A DNA stretch of 64,000 nt, from NCBI GenBank assembly GCA_965223855.1, contig CBDCXM010000008.1, forward strand, positions 576,001-640,000, written 5' to 3'. This DNA is from Candidatus Multivoradales bacterium. GTDB taxonomy: Bacteria > Acidobacteriota > Thermoanaerobaculia > Multivoradales > JAHEKO01. This document shows, in pieces, positions 30,917 to 39,977 of this stretch (positions are counted from its first letter, which is position 1; each line of letters begins with the position of its first letter). Under the pieces are notes generated by a model. It had not been told where the DNA came from, did not search any database, and worked only from the letters and a program-made list of their open reading frames with translations. Both the position numbers and the translations under genes were made by a program.

Positions 30917-32110
30917 ATGTCGGACACCGTGACCGAAGTCACCAGCCGCAGTTGGGGGAGCCGCCTCAAGGGTTCGTTCAAGGGGATCTTCTTCGGCATC
31001 GCGCTCGTCGCGCTGTCGTGCTGGCTGCTTTTCAAGAACGAAGGGCGCGCCGTCACCCGTTACAAGGCGCTCAAGGAGGGGGTCGCCACGGTGGTGAGCG
31101 TCTCCAGCGAGCGAGTCGATCCCGCACTCGAAGGGAAGCTCGTCCACACCACCGGCCTGGCGGATCCGACCGGCACGCTGGCCGACGTGCTCTTCGGCAT
31201 CAGCGCCGACGCGATCCACCTCGAGCGCAAGGTCGAGATGTACCAGTGGCACGAGACCGGCGACAGCAAGACCGAAAAGAAGCTCGGCGGCGGGACGGAG
31301 ACGACGACCACCTACTCCTACGAAACCAGGTGGTCCGAGCAGCATTCCGACTCCCGATCCTTCCGACAGCCGGCCGGGCACGAGAACCCGCCCTCGATGC
31401 CGTTCCGCTCGGAGTCATTCTCGGCCCCGAGAGTCCAGCTCGGCGCCTTCACCCTCTCCGACGGCCTCATCCGCCGGATGCGCGAGTTCGAGCCACACAC
31501 CGTCGGCTCCGTGAGCGGGCTGCCGCCCGCTCTGCTCTCTCGAGCGCGGCTTCACGACGGCGGCATCTATGTCGGCGGCAATCCGAGCTCGCCCGCGATC
31601 GGAGACCTCCGCATCTCCTACCGCAAGGTCGTACCGGCCACGGTCAGCGTCGTCGCCCGCCAGTCGGGGTCGGGACTTGCCGCCCACCCGACCCGCGCCG
31701 GCAGCTCGATCGAACTGCTCCGAACGGGGGTCGCCACCGCCGACGAGATGTTCGAAGCGGCGAAGGAGGCCAACAAGGTCACCACCTGGATCCTCCGCGC
31801 CGTCGGCTTCTTCATGATGCTGCTCGGCTTTCGCAGCATCCTGCGCCCGCTCTCGGTGTTGGCCGACGTGCTGCCCGCGCTGGGCAATCTCGTCGAGAAG
31901 GGGGTCACCGCCGTCTCCTTCTTCCTGGCGGCACCGCTGGCGCTCGTGGTCATCGCCTTCGCCTGGATTTTCTATCGGCCGCTCCTGGCGATCGTGCTTC
32001 TGGCCGCGGTCGGCGGACTGCTCGTCCTCTTCCTTCGCAGGCTTCGCCGCGCCGGGGCTGAGGTGCGCACCGCTCAGCCGCCACCCCCACCGCCACCACA
32101 GCCCGCCTAG
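30917..32110 (+). CDS. TMEM43 (DUF1625/LUMA) family membrane protein
   Basis: 'SWGSRL...NEGRAV', 'LERKVEMYQW', 'GHENP', 'P.IGDLRISY', 'TWILR'; C-terminal TM helices; GGAGGAG RBS. Confidence 0.88.
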   Translation: MSDTVTEVTSRSWGSRLKGSFKGIFFGIALVALSCWLLFKNEGRAVTRYKALKEGVATVVSVSSERVDPALEGKLVHTTGLADPTGTLADVLFGISADAIHLERKVEMYQWHETGDSKTEKKLGGGTETTTTYSYETRWSEQHSDSRSFRQPAGHENPPSMPFRSESFSAPRVQLGAFTLSDGLIRRMREFEPHTVGSVSGLPPALLSRARLHDGGIYVGGNPSSPAIGDLRISYRKVVPATVSVVARQSGSGLAAHPTRAGSSIELLRTGVATADEMFEAAKEANKVTTWILRAVGFFMMLLGFRSILRPLSVLADVLPALGNLVEKGVTAVSFFLAAPLALVVIAFAWIFYRPLLAIVLLAAVGGLLVLFLRRLRRAGAEVRTAQPPPPPPPQPA

Positions 32111-32306
32111 CCTGAACTTCTCGCGCCGGTGTGCTCTGGAAGGCCGTAGGTTGCTGAAGATACAAGGCTTCCGGTCGCGAGCACCGGAGGCATAGCTGTA
32201 GCTACGTCGAGGAGCGCAGTGGCCGGAGAACGCAGTAGATTCATTGACATACGGCCTTCCTGAGTAGTCCGGTGAGCAGTGCAGTGGCGTGAGAGGTTCA
32301 GGCTAA
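32107..32306. mobile_element. MITE-like non-autonomous element, copy A
   Basis: Imperfect terminal inverted repeats ctagcctgaacttctcgcgcc ... ggcgtgagaggttcaggctaa. The body aligns by eye with the reverse complement of 44782-44966. Confidence 0.75.
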
Positions 32307-32309
32307 CCT

Positions 32310-32335
32310 GGAACCTTCCGGCCGCTCTTCGCGTA
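32310..32335 (+). promoter_or_regulatory. Candidate ECF sigma factor promoter (GGAACC-N16-CGTA)
   Basis: ggaacc-ttccggccgctcttcg-cgta, 32 nt upstream of the DUF4097 gene. Confidence 0.55.
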
Positions 32336-32367
32336 GTGGGTGACAGAACCTGAACCGGAGGATTCCC

Positions 32368-33270
32368 ATGCGCACACGTTCGAGTCTCATCGCCCTCGCC
32401 GCAGGCCTCGCCCTGCTCGTTCCTTTCGCCGCTTCGGCCGACACGGTCGAGCGCACCTTCCAGGTCTCGGCCGGCGGTCGCCTCGAGATCGACACCGACC
32501 TCGGGCGGATCGATGTGCGCGAGGGGAGCCCGGGAACGGTCCGCATCGTCGTCGAGCGTGAGGTTCGCGGCGGTGACGACGACGACTTCGAGCTCGACTT
32601 CGAGCAGAGCGGCAACACCGTCCGGGTCACCGGCGAAAAGCCCGACTCCTGGGGCTGGGGCGGTTGGAATCGCTATCGGGTCGCCTACAAGGTCGAGGTG
32701 CCGCGCGACTTCGACGTCCAGCTCGAGACCTCCGGCGGCGACGTGTCGGTCGCCTCGCTCGACGGCGATGTCGACTGCCGCACCTCCGGCGGCGACGTCG
32801 AGCTCGCGGACGTCGGCGGCCGGGTCGATTGCCGCACCTCGGGCGGCGACATCGAAGTCGGCACGGTGACCGGGGCTGTGATGGCGAAGACCTCCGGCGG
32901 CGACATTCACATCGGCCGCTCGGGAGGGTCGGTGATCGCAAAGACCTCCGGCGGTGACGTGACGATCGACGAGGTCTTCGGACAGGTCGAGGCGACGACG
33001 TCGGGCGGCAATGTCCGGGCACGCCTCGCCGACCAGCCGCGCGCCGACTGCAAGCTCACCACCTCGGGCGGGCGCATCGAGCTGGCGGTCGATCCTTCGA
33101 TCTCCGCCGACATCGACGCCAGCACTTCCGGCGGCCGCGTGCACGTCGACTTCCCGGTGAGCGTCTCCGGCAGCCTCAGCAAGACCCGCCTCAACGCCGA
33201 GCTCAACGGCGGAGGCCCGCAGATCTACCTGCGGACCTCCGGCGGAAGCATTCACATCGAAGAGATCTGA
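32368..33270 (+). CDS. DUF4097 family beta-strand repeat protein
   Basis: Signal peptide; about nine 'TSGG[D/N/R/S]' repeats; GGAGG RBS. Confidence 0.9.
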   Translation: MRTRSSLIALAAGLALLVPFAASADTVERTFQVSAGGRLEIDTDLGRIDVREGSPGTVRIVVEREVRGGDDDDFELDFEQSGNTVRVTGEKPDSWGWGGWNRYRVAYKVEVPRDFDVQLETSGGDVSVASLDGDVDCRTSGGDVELADVGGRVDCRTSGGDIEVGTVTGAVMAKTSGGDIHIGRSGGSVIAKTSGGDVTIDEVFGQVEATTSGGNVRARLADQPRADCKLTTSGGRIELAVDPSISADIDASTSGGRVHVDFPVSVSGSLSKTRLNAELNGGGPQIYLRTSGGSIHIEEI

Positions 33271-33340
33271 GGCAGCGCCCGCCCCTCTCACGCGTCGGGC
33301 CGACGGCGAGAGGAGCGGGCCGGGTCGACTGCGTCGTCGC

Positions 33341-34672
33341 TCACGGGCAGGCATCGCTCACGCTCAAGTCAATCGTGTAGCCGGGCATCCCCGGCTGGTC
33401 GGAGCCGATCGCGAGCACGGTCGTCTCCGGACCCGCCTCCGCCATACATCCCTCGACCTCCAGAGCGACCGGCAGCGAACCCGGCTCGAGCGTCCAGGGG
33501 AGCTGGCCCAGAAGGACGCTGTCGAGCGTGTAGCCGACGTCGTCGTCTTCGAGGGCGACCGTCTGCACCTCGAGCCGCCCGGGCCCGGCATTGCCGATCA
33601 GCAGATCGACCGGGCTTCCGCACGGGCTGCCCCCCGCGACCTCGAAGCAGAGCTCGGTGACGGCTGCGCCCGAGTCGGCGGCGGTCACGGTCAACGCACC
33701 GCCGAGCCCGGTGCCCGTAAGCTCCAGCCGCCGGGATTCGTCCGAGTCGATCCGCACGTGGCCGCCGTGAGCGAACGGCACCTCCGGAGCGAAGGTCATG
33801 TTGAAGGTGCACGAGCTGGTGCCACCCGCACCGACCGGGGCGAGCAGCTTCCCTTGCGGCTCTGTCGCCGGATCCGGAATGCAGGTGTTGCCCGAGACGA
33901 AGAAGTCGGCCGGTGGGACCTCACTGAAGACGGTGCCGTCCGCCGACACCGCGATCGGCTCCGAGTCCGGGTCGGCGGTGCAGTTCGCGATCTTGACGGT
34001 CAACGGATCGGACGCGCCTCCCACCGCAACGCTGCCGAAGTCGCGCGCCAGATGAATCGTCTCGACGCCGCCCTCCACGACCGGCTGGCAGCCGGCGCAG
34101 GTGATCTCGAGACACGGCTCGACCGGCGGCGGATCGACCGGCGGCGGTGGCTCGACGCAGAAGATCTCCTCGTCCGGCTCCGCCGGCAGCGGATCGAGCA
34201 CGAAGTCGGGATCGGCGGGAATCTGGCGCCGCGGCACCAGTTCTCCGCTCACCCGGCAAACCAGAGTCTCCTCCTGCAGGCACCACGGTCCGGGAAGGAC
34301 AGCGAACTCCGATTCCGGGAAGGGCAGCTCTCCCGAGGCGAGCCGGCCGATCTGGCGCCAGGCGTACCGGCCCCAGTCCTCCTCGAAGTCCTCGACCCGG
34401 TCTCCCACCGGGATCTCGGGCTTCGCCTCTTCGAGGCAGTTCCCGTCGTCGTGGCAGACGTAGTAGCGCCGGCTCGGGAACCCGGCATCGAGACCGGTGT
34501 GAATCGGGACGAGCGCTCCGTCCCCCGAAACGGCCGTGGCGGCGCAGGTCACGACCCGGTAGCGCTCGACCGCGTTGGGATTGACGAACAGGGAACAGCC
34601 CGCAACGGTGGCGGTCGTCACCGCCGCCAGCATCAGGGTGAGCACCTTGTGACGTGTCGTCGTGTACCTCAT
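33341..34672 (-). CDS. Cys-rich lipoprotein with Ig-like (choice-of-anchor D/Hydin-like) domains
   Basis: Lipobox 'VAGC'; 'DFGSVAVG...VKIAN', 'SCTFNMTFAP', 'LTGTG', 'IGNAGPGRLEV'. ATGA overlap with the upstream gene. Confidence 0.75.
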   Translation of the reverse strand: MRYTTTRHKVLTLMLAAVTTATVAGCSLFVNPNAVERYRVVTCAATAVSGDGALVPIHTGLDAGFPSRRYYVCHDDGNCLEEAKPEIPVGDRVEDFEEDWGRYAWRQIGRLASGELPFPESEFAVLPGPWCLQEETLVCRVSGELVPRRQIPADPDFVLDPLPAEPDEEIFCVEPPPPVDPPPVEPCLEITCAGCQPVVEGGVETIHLARDFGSVAVGGASDPLTVKIANCTADPDSEPIAVSADGTVFSEVPPADFFVSGNTCIPDPATEPQGKLLAPVGAGGTSSCTFNMTFAPEVPFAHGGHVRIDSDESRRLELTGTGLGGALTVTAADSGAAVTELCFEVAGGSPCGSPVDLLIGNAGPGRLEVQTVALEDDDVGYTLDSVLLGQLPWTLEPGSLPVALEVEGCMAEAGPETTVLAIGSDQPGMPGYTIDLSVSDACP

Positions 34673-35700
34673 GACGCCTCCTCATCGAGAACTACCGAGA
34701 ACCGGCAGACCGCACGGCTCTTCGAGCCGAAGCGGTCCACGACATCGAGCGAGAACCAGTGCTCGGCGCCGAGAGCGAAGAGCTCGGGGCCGACCGACGG
34801 CCCGTGCCCGAGGAACGCGGCCTCGCCCAGCCGGCTGCGCATCCACATCTCGGAGCGCACGTCGGCGCGAGGCCAGGAGTACTTGGCGTCCCCCTCTTCG
34901 GCCGGATCGCCCTCCTCGCCCCACTTCACGTTGCCGTCCGGGTCGCTGGCTCTCGATACGAGGTGGATCAGCAATCCCTCCGGCGTGTTGGCCGCAGCCT
35001 TTGACGCCGGGCAGCCGTCGACAAGCTCTGCCGCAGCAGGACCTATGCTCGGCGGCTGCCACGCGACCGCAGCCATCGGAGGCCGATTGACATAGCTCCC
35101 GGCGAACGAGAGCTCGACCACGAAGCTCTCGCCGTCCTGATCGACGGCGAAGGTCGCCGAAAGAGCGAAGCTGTCGCCGTTCGGGTCGTGCTCGAGAGTC
35201 ATCGGGGTCGGGTTCTTCACCGTCAGGCTCCGCTCCTCGCCGCCGCACTCGCCGCTCGGCTTGCGGTCCGTGTTCCAGCCGAAGTGCAGCTCGGCAGTGC
35301 CGCTCTCGACGGCGATCTCGCCGGAGTCGGAAAGCTCCCCGGCGACCGGCTCCCCGAGCACTGCTCGACCGCAGCGCAGCGGTTCCGAGGAAACCGGCCA
35401 GCCGGCGAACTCGACCGGCAGGTCGATGTCGACGATCCACGCCCGCAGATCGCCGAGTTGGACGCCGCCGTCGGCAGCGACCGAGTAGTCGATGCGAGCA
35501 CCCCCTGGCGCGGCCTGCCCGTCGAGCTTGACGATACCGCTCGTCTCCGCAACGTAGTGGCGGGTCAGCTCCAGGACTTCCGACGGAGCGGGCGGAACGG
35601 GCGGAGGAGGAGTTCCCGGCACACAGCCGGCCAGAGCGACCGCCGCCGGCAGTAGGCCGAGCAATGCGCGAATCGCGATGGAAGGTCGGACTTCACTCAT
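34669..35700 (-). CDS. Hypothetical lipoprotein with PKD-like C-terminal segment
   Basis: Lipobox 'LAGC'; 'NRPPMA...ASDPDG...W...L.VVD..G' pattern. ATGA overlaps on both sides. Confidence 0.7.
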   Translation of the reverse strand: MSEVRPSIAIRALLGLLPAAVALAGCVPGTPPPPVPPAPSEVLELTRHYVAETSGIVKLDGQAAPGGARIDYSVAADGGVQLGDLRAWIVDIDLPVEFAGWPVSSEPLRCGRAVLGEPVAGELSDSGEIAVESGTAELHFGWNTDRKPSGECGGEERSLTVKNPTPMTLEHDPNGDSFALSATFAVDQDGESFVVELSFAGSYVNRPPMAAVAWQPPSIGPAAAELVDGCPASKAAANTPEGLLIHLVSRASDPDGNVKWGEEGDPAEEGDAKYSWPRADVRSEMWMRSRLGEAAFLGHGPSVGPELFALGAEHWFSLDVVDRFGSKSRAVCRFSVVLDEEAS

Positions 35701-36170
35701 GACGTCTCCTTTTCAGGGCCACGGGTCACGTCGCTCTCGAGGTCGAGGCAACGTCGGTTGTCATCGGGGGTCGGGTCCTCGGACGCCCGGCGGCGCGTCG
35801 TCTGCGCGACGACCGTCACGCACAGGTCGCCAAGACCGGGGGAGCGCTCGAGTTCGAGCGCCCCTTCGACAGGCCTCTCGAAGCCCGGGCCGGGCGCGTG
35901 CCGGCGGCGGTGGTGAAGACCGAGCGCGGAGCGGGCCGTGACGATGACGGCATCCGCAGGTTCACCGCTGCGATGGATCACCGCGTAGGCGACCCGCACC
36001 GGATCGCCGGGGACCGGGGCCTGCGGGCCTCGAAGCTCGACGACGAGCCCGAGGTCGGTCTCACAGCGTGCTTCGGCGCAGCCGGCAAGGCCGGCGAGGC
36101 ACACCGCGACGAGCACCAGCGAGGTGCGCTCCCGGTGCGCACGGCGGACGATCCGACCGACTCCATTCAC
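35697..36170 (-). CDS. Small lipoprotein, DUF11/CARDB-like Ig fold
   Basis: Lipobox 'LAGC'; 'DLGL...PGDPVRVAYAV...DPTPDDN' pattern; GTG start. Confidence 0.6.
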   Translation of the reverse strand: MNGVGRIVRRAHRERTSLVLVAVCLAGLAGCAEARCETDLGLVVELRGPQAPVPGDPVRVAYAVIHRSGEPADAVIVTARSALGLHHRRRHAPGPGFERPVEGALELERSPGLGDLCVTVVAQTTRRRASEDPTPDDNRRCLDLESDVTRGPEKETS

Positions 36171-36203
36171 ACCGGGAGCGTCCCGCCGACACGCAGCGAC
36201 AAG

Positions 36204-36233
36204 CTTGAGGCGCTCCTGATGGAGCCTTGATGG
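36204..36233 (-). promoter_or_regulatory. Three direct repeats at 11-bp period; candidate winged-helix operator
   Basis: Plus strand cttgagg (36204), cctgatgg (36215), cttgatgg (36226), immediately upstream of the lipoprotein operon. Confidence 0.5.
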
Positions 36234-36236
36234 TTC

Positions 36237-38156
36237 TCAGATCCGCAGACCGAACCGTCGTGCGAACGCGGCGCGCCGGATCTCCGCCCGCTCCAGCAGC
36301 GTTCGAGCTTTCTCGGTCGCGAGCACCGACCGCAGCGTCGGGTCGCCCTCGAAACAGGGCGTGCAGACGAAGCCTGCATCGATCGTGCGCTCGAGATTGC
36401 GCAGCGCTGCCCTCTCGTCTCCGGCGGCGGCGAAGAGCTGGGCCTGCTTGTAGCTCACTTCCCCGTCTCCATGACCGACCTCCTCGCGCTGGCGCTCGAG
36501 CTGGACGAGCACCGCCGCCGCAGCCTCCTCGCGTCCCTCGACGAGTTCCAGCAGGGCCTGCGAGTAACGTCCCCACAGGTCGTCCGGCCGCTCACGAAAC
36601 GCCGGCCGGAGCACTTCGACCGCCTCTTCCAGGCGGCCGTCCAGATAGAGCGCCCAACCGCGGTAGAAGCGGTGGTACGAAGAGGTCCCGGCCGGGAGCA
36701 GGTCGAGGAACTCGGAGTAGCGTTCCTGGTAGAGGAGCTCGTTCGGCACCATGCCGGAGTAGTCGAGGTAGAGGAGCGGATTGCGTTCGAGGTCGTTCCG
36801 CATCCGCTCTTCGGCGAGCTCCAGGAAGCCCATGTAGCGAAGGGCGTACCCCGCGCTCGACTCGAGGATCGTCGGCCACCCCTTGCTCTCCAGCTCGAGG
36901 TAGGCCGCGTAACCCTCTTCGACCCGGCCGGACTCGATCATCATGTCGATCTCGAACATCCGGTAGCGCGGCTCCAACTCGGGCGCCAGGGCGAGGGCGC
37001 GCCTGGCGGCCGTCACCGCTTCGTCGAGGAGTGCCTGGTCGCGCCCGCAGGACCAGGCGGCACCGTTGAGTGCCGCCGCGTAGAAAGACCATCCGTCGGC
37101 GTAGTCCGGTTCGAGCTCGGTCGCTTCCCGCGCCCACACGAGCGCCGCCTCGCTGCAGAAGTTCTCCTCGAGCGCATGCCACGCCTGCCTGGCCCGCTGG
37201 AACGCCTCGACGCTGGCGGCATTGCGCGCCTCGCTGAAAGGAGGAAGCCGGTCGATTTCCAGAGCACCGGCGAGCTGCTCGGCGACCTCGGCGCGCTGCC
37301 GGTTGAAGCGGTCGAGTCGTTCGTTCGTCGATGGGAGATCGAGTTCGAAGCGCAGCAGCGGAGCGCGATCGAACTCCCGTTCACGTCGCCAATAGAGCAC
37401 CGTCTCGGCCGCCAGCCGGTCCCCGGCGAGGGCTGCCATCCTCACTTCGACGAGCGCGTCCAGCCTGAGTGCCTCGACCGCCTCCTCGAGGCTCGCCGAC
37501 TCGAGCACAACCGTCTCCACGCGCCCCGGATCGACCCACACCAGCCGAGGCGCGCTGGCAAGGCGATCGCCCAGGTACTCCGCCACCGCCTGAGCGGTGA
37601 GCGGCACGAGCCCGTCTCCCTCCGGTACCGCCGCCAGCAGTCCGGCGCGAATCGCCTCTCCGCTCTTCCGATGCCACGCCGGGTCGCTTCGCTGCTGCGC
37701 AAACCCGACAACGAGCGTGGCCAGCACGAGCGCCGCGAGCGACCAGCGGACGAGACTACGGCTCCACCAGGCGACGGCCCGGGGCTCACGAACCTCGGCG
37801 GGCGGCCCGGATGCCCGATCGACGCTGTCGGGGCGCTTCACGTCCACCTCCGGCTCGAGCTCGCCTACGAAACGGAACCCCCGCCCGTGCACGGTCGCGA
37901 TGTAGCGCTGGCGCTTCGCATCGTCTCCGAGGGCCCGGCGGGCCTCGTAGACGCATCTCGACAGCGCCGCGTCGCCGACGATCTGCCCGTCCCAGACTTC
38001 CCGGTTGAGCTCCTCCTTGGTGACGAGTGCGCCGGGACGGCGCACCAGCCAGACGAGCAGGTCGAGCACGCGGGGCTCCACCGCGATCGGTTCGCCCGCC
38101 CTCGTGAGCGTGAAACCGTCGCTGTCGAGCTCGAAATCGTCCCAGCGAAACACCAC
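36237..38156 (-). CDS. CadC/ToxR-like membrane-anchored transcriptional regulator (wHTH + TM + TPR)
   Basis: 'FRWDDFELD...EPRVLDLL...VTKEEL...VW...LSRCVYEARRALGD...YIATVHGRGFRF' (Trans_reg_C); one TM helix; TPR-like C-terminal region. Confidence 0.9.
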   Translation of the reverse strand: MVFRWDDFELDSDGFTLTRAGEPIAVEPRVLDLLVWLVRRPGALVTKEELNREVWDGQIVGDAALSRCVYEARRALGDDAKRQRYIATVHGRGFRFVGELEPEVDVKRPDSVDRASGPPAEVREPRAVAWWSRSLVRWSLAALVLATLVVGFAQQRSDPAWHRKSGEAIRAGLLAAVPEGDGLVPLTAQAVAEYLGDRLASAPRLVWVDPGRVETVVLESASLEEAVEALRLDALVEVRMAALAGDRLAAETVLYWRREREFDRAPLLRFELDLPSTNERLDRFNRQRAEVAEQLAGALEIDRLPPFSEARNAASVEAFQRARQAWHALEENFCSEAALVWAREATELEPDYADGWSFYAAALNGAAWSCGRDQALLDEAVTAARRALALAPELEPRYRMFEIDMMIESGRVEEGYAAYLELESKGWPTILESSAGYALRYMGFLELAEERMRNDLERNPLLYLDYSGMVPNELLYQERYSEFLDLLPAGTSSYHRFYRGWALYLDGRLEEAVEVLRPAFRERPDDLWGRYSQALLELVEGREEAAAAVLVQLERQREEVGHGDGEVSYKQAQLFAAAGDERAALRNLERTIDAGFVCTPCFEGDPTLRSVLATEKARTLLERAEIRRAAFARRFGLRI

Positions 38157-38266
38157 GGCGCTACCCCCGGAGTCAGCCTAGCAGCTGGGCGAGCGCGGAG
38201 GTTGTCGCTCACTCCACGGGTCGGATCCGGGACGCGTTCCTCCCGTCGGTCCGGGAACTCGGCGGT

Positions 38267-38767
38267 CTACCGGCCAGGCCCGGGAGCGACGATCTCCTCG
38301 AGATCGGCATCGGCGATGCGCCATCCCTGAGGCGTTTCCACCCACTCGAGTCGGAAGCGGTAGGCGTCGTCGCCGACACCCTGCCAGCCGCCCTGGAATC
38401 GCACCACCAGCAGCTGCACGGCCCGTTCGCCCTGGACCTCGATCTCGGAATCGAGCAGTTGCGGCGCCACGCGATCGGAGCGGCTGCGGTAGAGCACGAT
38501 CCCCCGGATGAGGTCCTGCCGATTGCGGGTCTCGAAGTCGAACTGCCAAGCCCGGAAGCGGAACGGCTCGGCAAAGGAGCGCGCCGCCTCCTCCGCCTTG
38601 AGCGCGCCATGGAGTGGATTCTCGTCCGGCCCCTTCTCTACCCGCTCCATCAGCGCCTCGAGCTCGCGGGCGATCCTCCGCTCGGCGCTCGAAGCCCAGT
38701 TCCACCACAGCAGTGCTCCCGCGACCACGACGAGAGCCAGCAGCAGGTTGCGCAGCAAAGGCGACAC
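38267..38767 (-). CDS. Membrane-anchored hypothetical protein, NTF2/SnoaL-like fold
   Basis: N-terminal TM helix; C-terminal 'LEWVETPQGWRI' pattern typical of NTF2-like folds. Confidence 0.6.
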   Translation of the reverse strand: MSPLLRNLLLALVVVAGALLWWNWASSAERRIARELEALMERVEKGPDENPLHGALKAEEAARSFAEPFRFRAWQFDFETRNRQDLIRGIVLYRSRSDRVAPQLLDSEIEVQGERAVQLLVVRFQGGWQGVGDDAYRFRLEWVETPQGWRIADADLEEIVAPGPGR

Positions 38768-38834
38768 GGCGGCACGTTAGCAGGCTGCCGAGGGGGCGCC
38801 GCCGGGCAACCCGCGAGTGGGGTACCCTTGCCTC

Positions 38835-39143
38835 ATGACCGAGACTCATGACGACCGCCCCTTCGAGGTCGTTTTCGCCACCGCCGACCCCGATCTGTTG
38901 CCGGTCATCGAATCGCTGCTGCGCGCTCACGACATCCCGTTCGACGTCCAGGGACGCAACTCGATGGCACAGCTGCCGGCCGGCGTCCTCGGCGGGCCGT
39001 TCGCCCGCACCGGGCTGGCGGCGCGCTTCCTCGTGCCGGCCGAGCACGCACAGGCGGCGCGGGAACTGCTGGCGGCCGACGACGCGGTTCCGGACCTGGA
39101 ACCCGAAGATGACTCCGACGAGAGCGGCTCCGCCGACGAGTAG
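38835..39143 (+). CDS. DUF2007 family putative signal-transducing protein
   Basis: 'IESLLRAHDIPF...G....LVPAEHAQAARELL'. Confidence 0.75.
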   Translation: MTETHDDRPFEVVFATADPDLLPVIESLLRAHDIPFDVQGRNSMAQLPAGVLGGPFARTGLAARFLVPAEHAQAARELLAADDAVPDLEPEDDSDESGSADE

Positions 39144-39146
39144 CCG

Positions 39147-39977
39147 GTGAGCACCGTCCGCATCGCTCTCGCGCAGCTCCACGCCAGCGGCGATCGCGAG
39201 GAGACGCTCGGACGCGCCCTCGACGCCATGGACCGTGCCGCCGACGCCGGCGCCCGCCTCATCGCCTTCCCCGAGGTCGCGCTCGACCGCTTCTTTCCTC
39301 AGCATCGGCGGAGCGAGGGCAGCGCCGTCGCCGGCGACCCCATTCCCGGCCCGTTGACCGAGCGCATCTCGAGCAGGGCGAGGCGACTCGGGCTGGTGAC
39401 CGTCTTCAACCTCTACGAGACGGCAGGTGACGGCAGGTTCTACGACAGCTCTCCGGTGTTCGACGCCGACGGCTCGCTGCTCGGGATCACCCGCATGGTC
39501 CACATCACCCAGTACGACTGCTTCTTCGAGCAGGACTACTACGACCCGGGCGACTGCGGCGCCCCGGTGTACGACACCGCCGTCGGCAAGGTCGGCGTGG
39601 CGATCTGCTACGACCGCCACTACCCGGAGTACATGCGTGCCCTCGGCGTCGCCGGAGCCGAGATCGTCGTCATCCCGCAGGCGGGCACGGTCGGCGAGTG
39701 GCCGGAGGGGATGTACGAGGCCGAGGTCCGCACCGCGGCCTTTCAGAACGGCTACTTCACGGCGCTTTGCAACCGGGTCGGTCGCGAGGAGGCCCTGGAG
39801 TTCTCGGGAGAGTCGTTCGTCAGCGACCCGGAGGGCCGCATCCTCGCGCGTGGCGCGACCGGCGAGGACGACCTCGTGCTCGCCGACTGCGACCTCGAAC
39901 TGGCGCGCAACTCGACGGCGAGACGGCTCTTCTGGCGCGATCGGCGGGGCGAGCTCTACGGTGACTGGCTGCGGTGA
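39147..39977 (+). CDS. Carbon-nitrogen hydrolase (N-carbamoylputrescine amidase-like)
   Basis: 'IAFPE', 'ICYDRHYPE', 'NRVG.E', 'FSGESF..DPEG'. Confidence 0.9.
   Translation: MSTVRIALAQLHASGDREETLGRALDAMDRAADAGARLIAFPEVALDRFFPQHRRSEGSAVAGDPIPGPLTERISSRARRLGLVTVFNLYETAGDGRFYDSSPVFDADGSLLGITRMVHITQYDCFFEQDYYDPGDCGAPVYDTAVGKVGVAICYDRHYPEYMRALGVAGAEIVVIPQAGTVGEWPEGMYEAEVRTAAFQNGYFTALCNRVGREEALEFSGESFVSDPEGRILARGATGEDDLVLADCDLELARNSTARRLFWRDRRGELYGDWLR

Noticed and set aside
30905-30919. Identical GAGGAGAGCGCGATG before the genes starting at 30917 and 19174
   Set aside because: Most simply an RBS plus spacer coincidence; used only to support the start choices.
32725-33245. Regularly spaced 'acctccggcggcgac' repeats resembling a CRISPR array
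   Set aside because: They are in-frame TSGG coding repeats of the DUF4097 protein with synonymous variation, and no cas genes are present.
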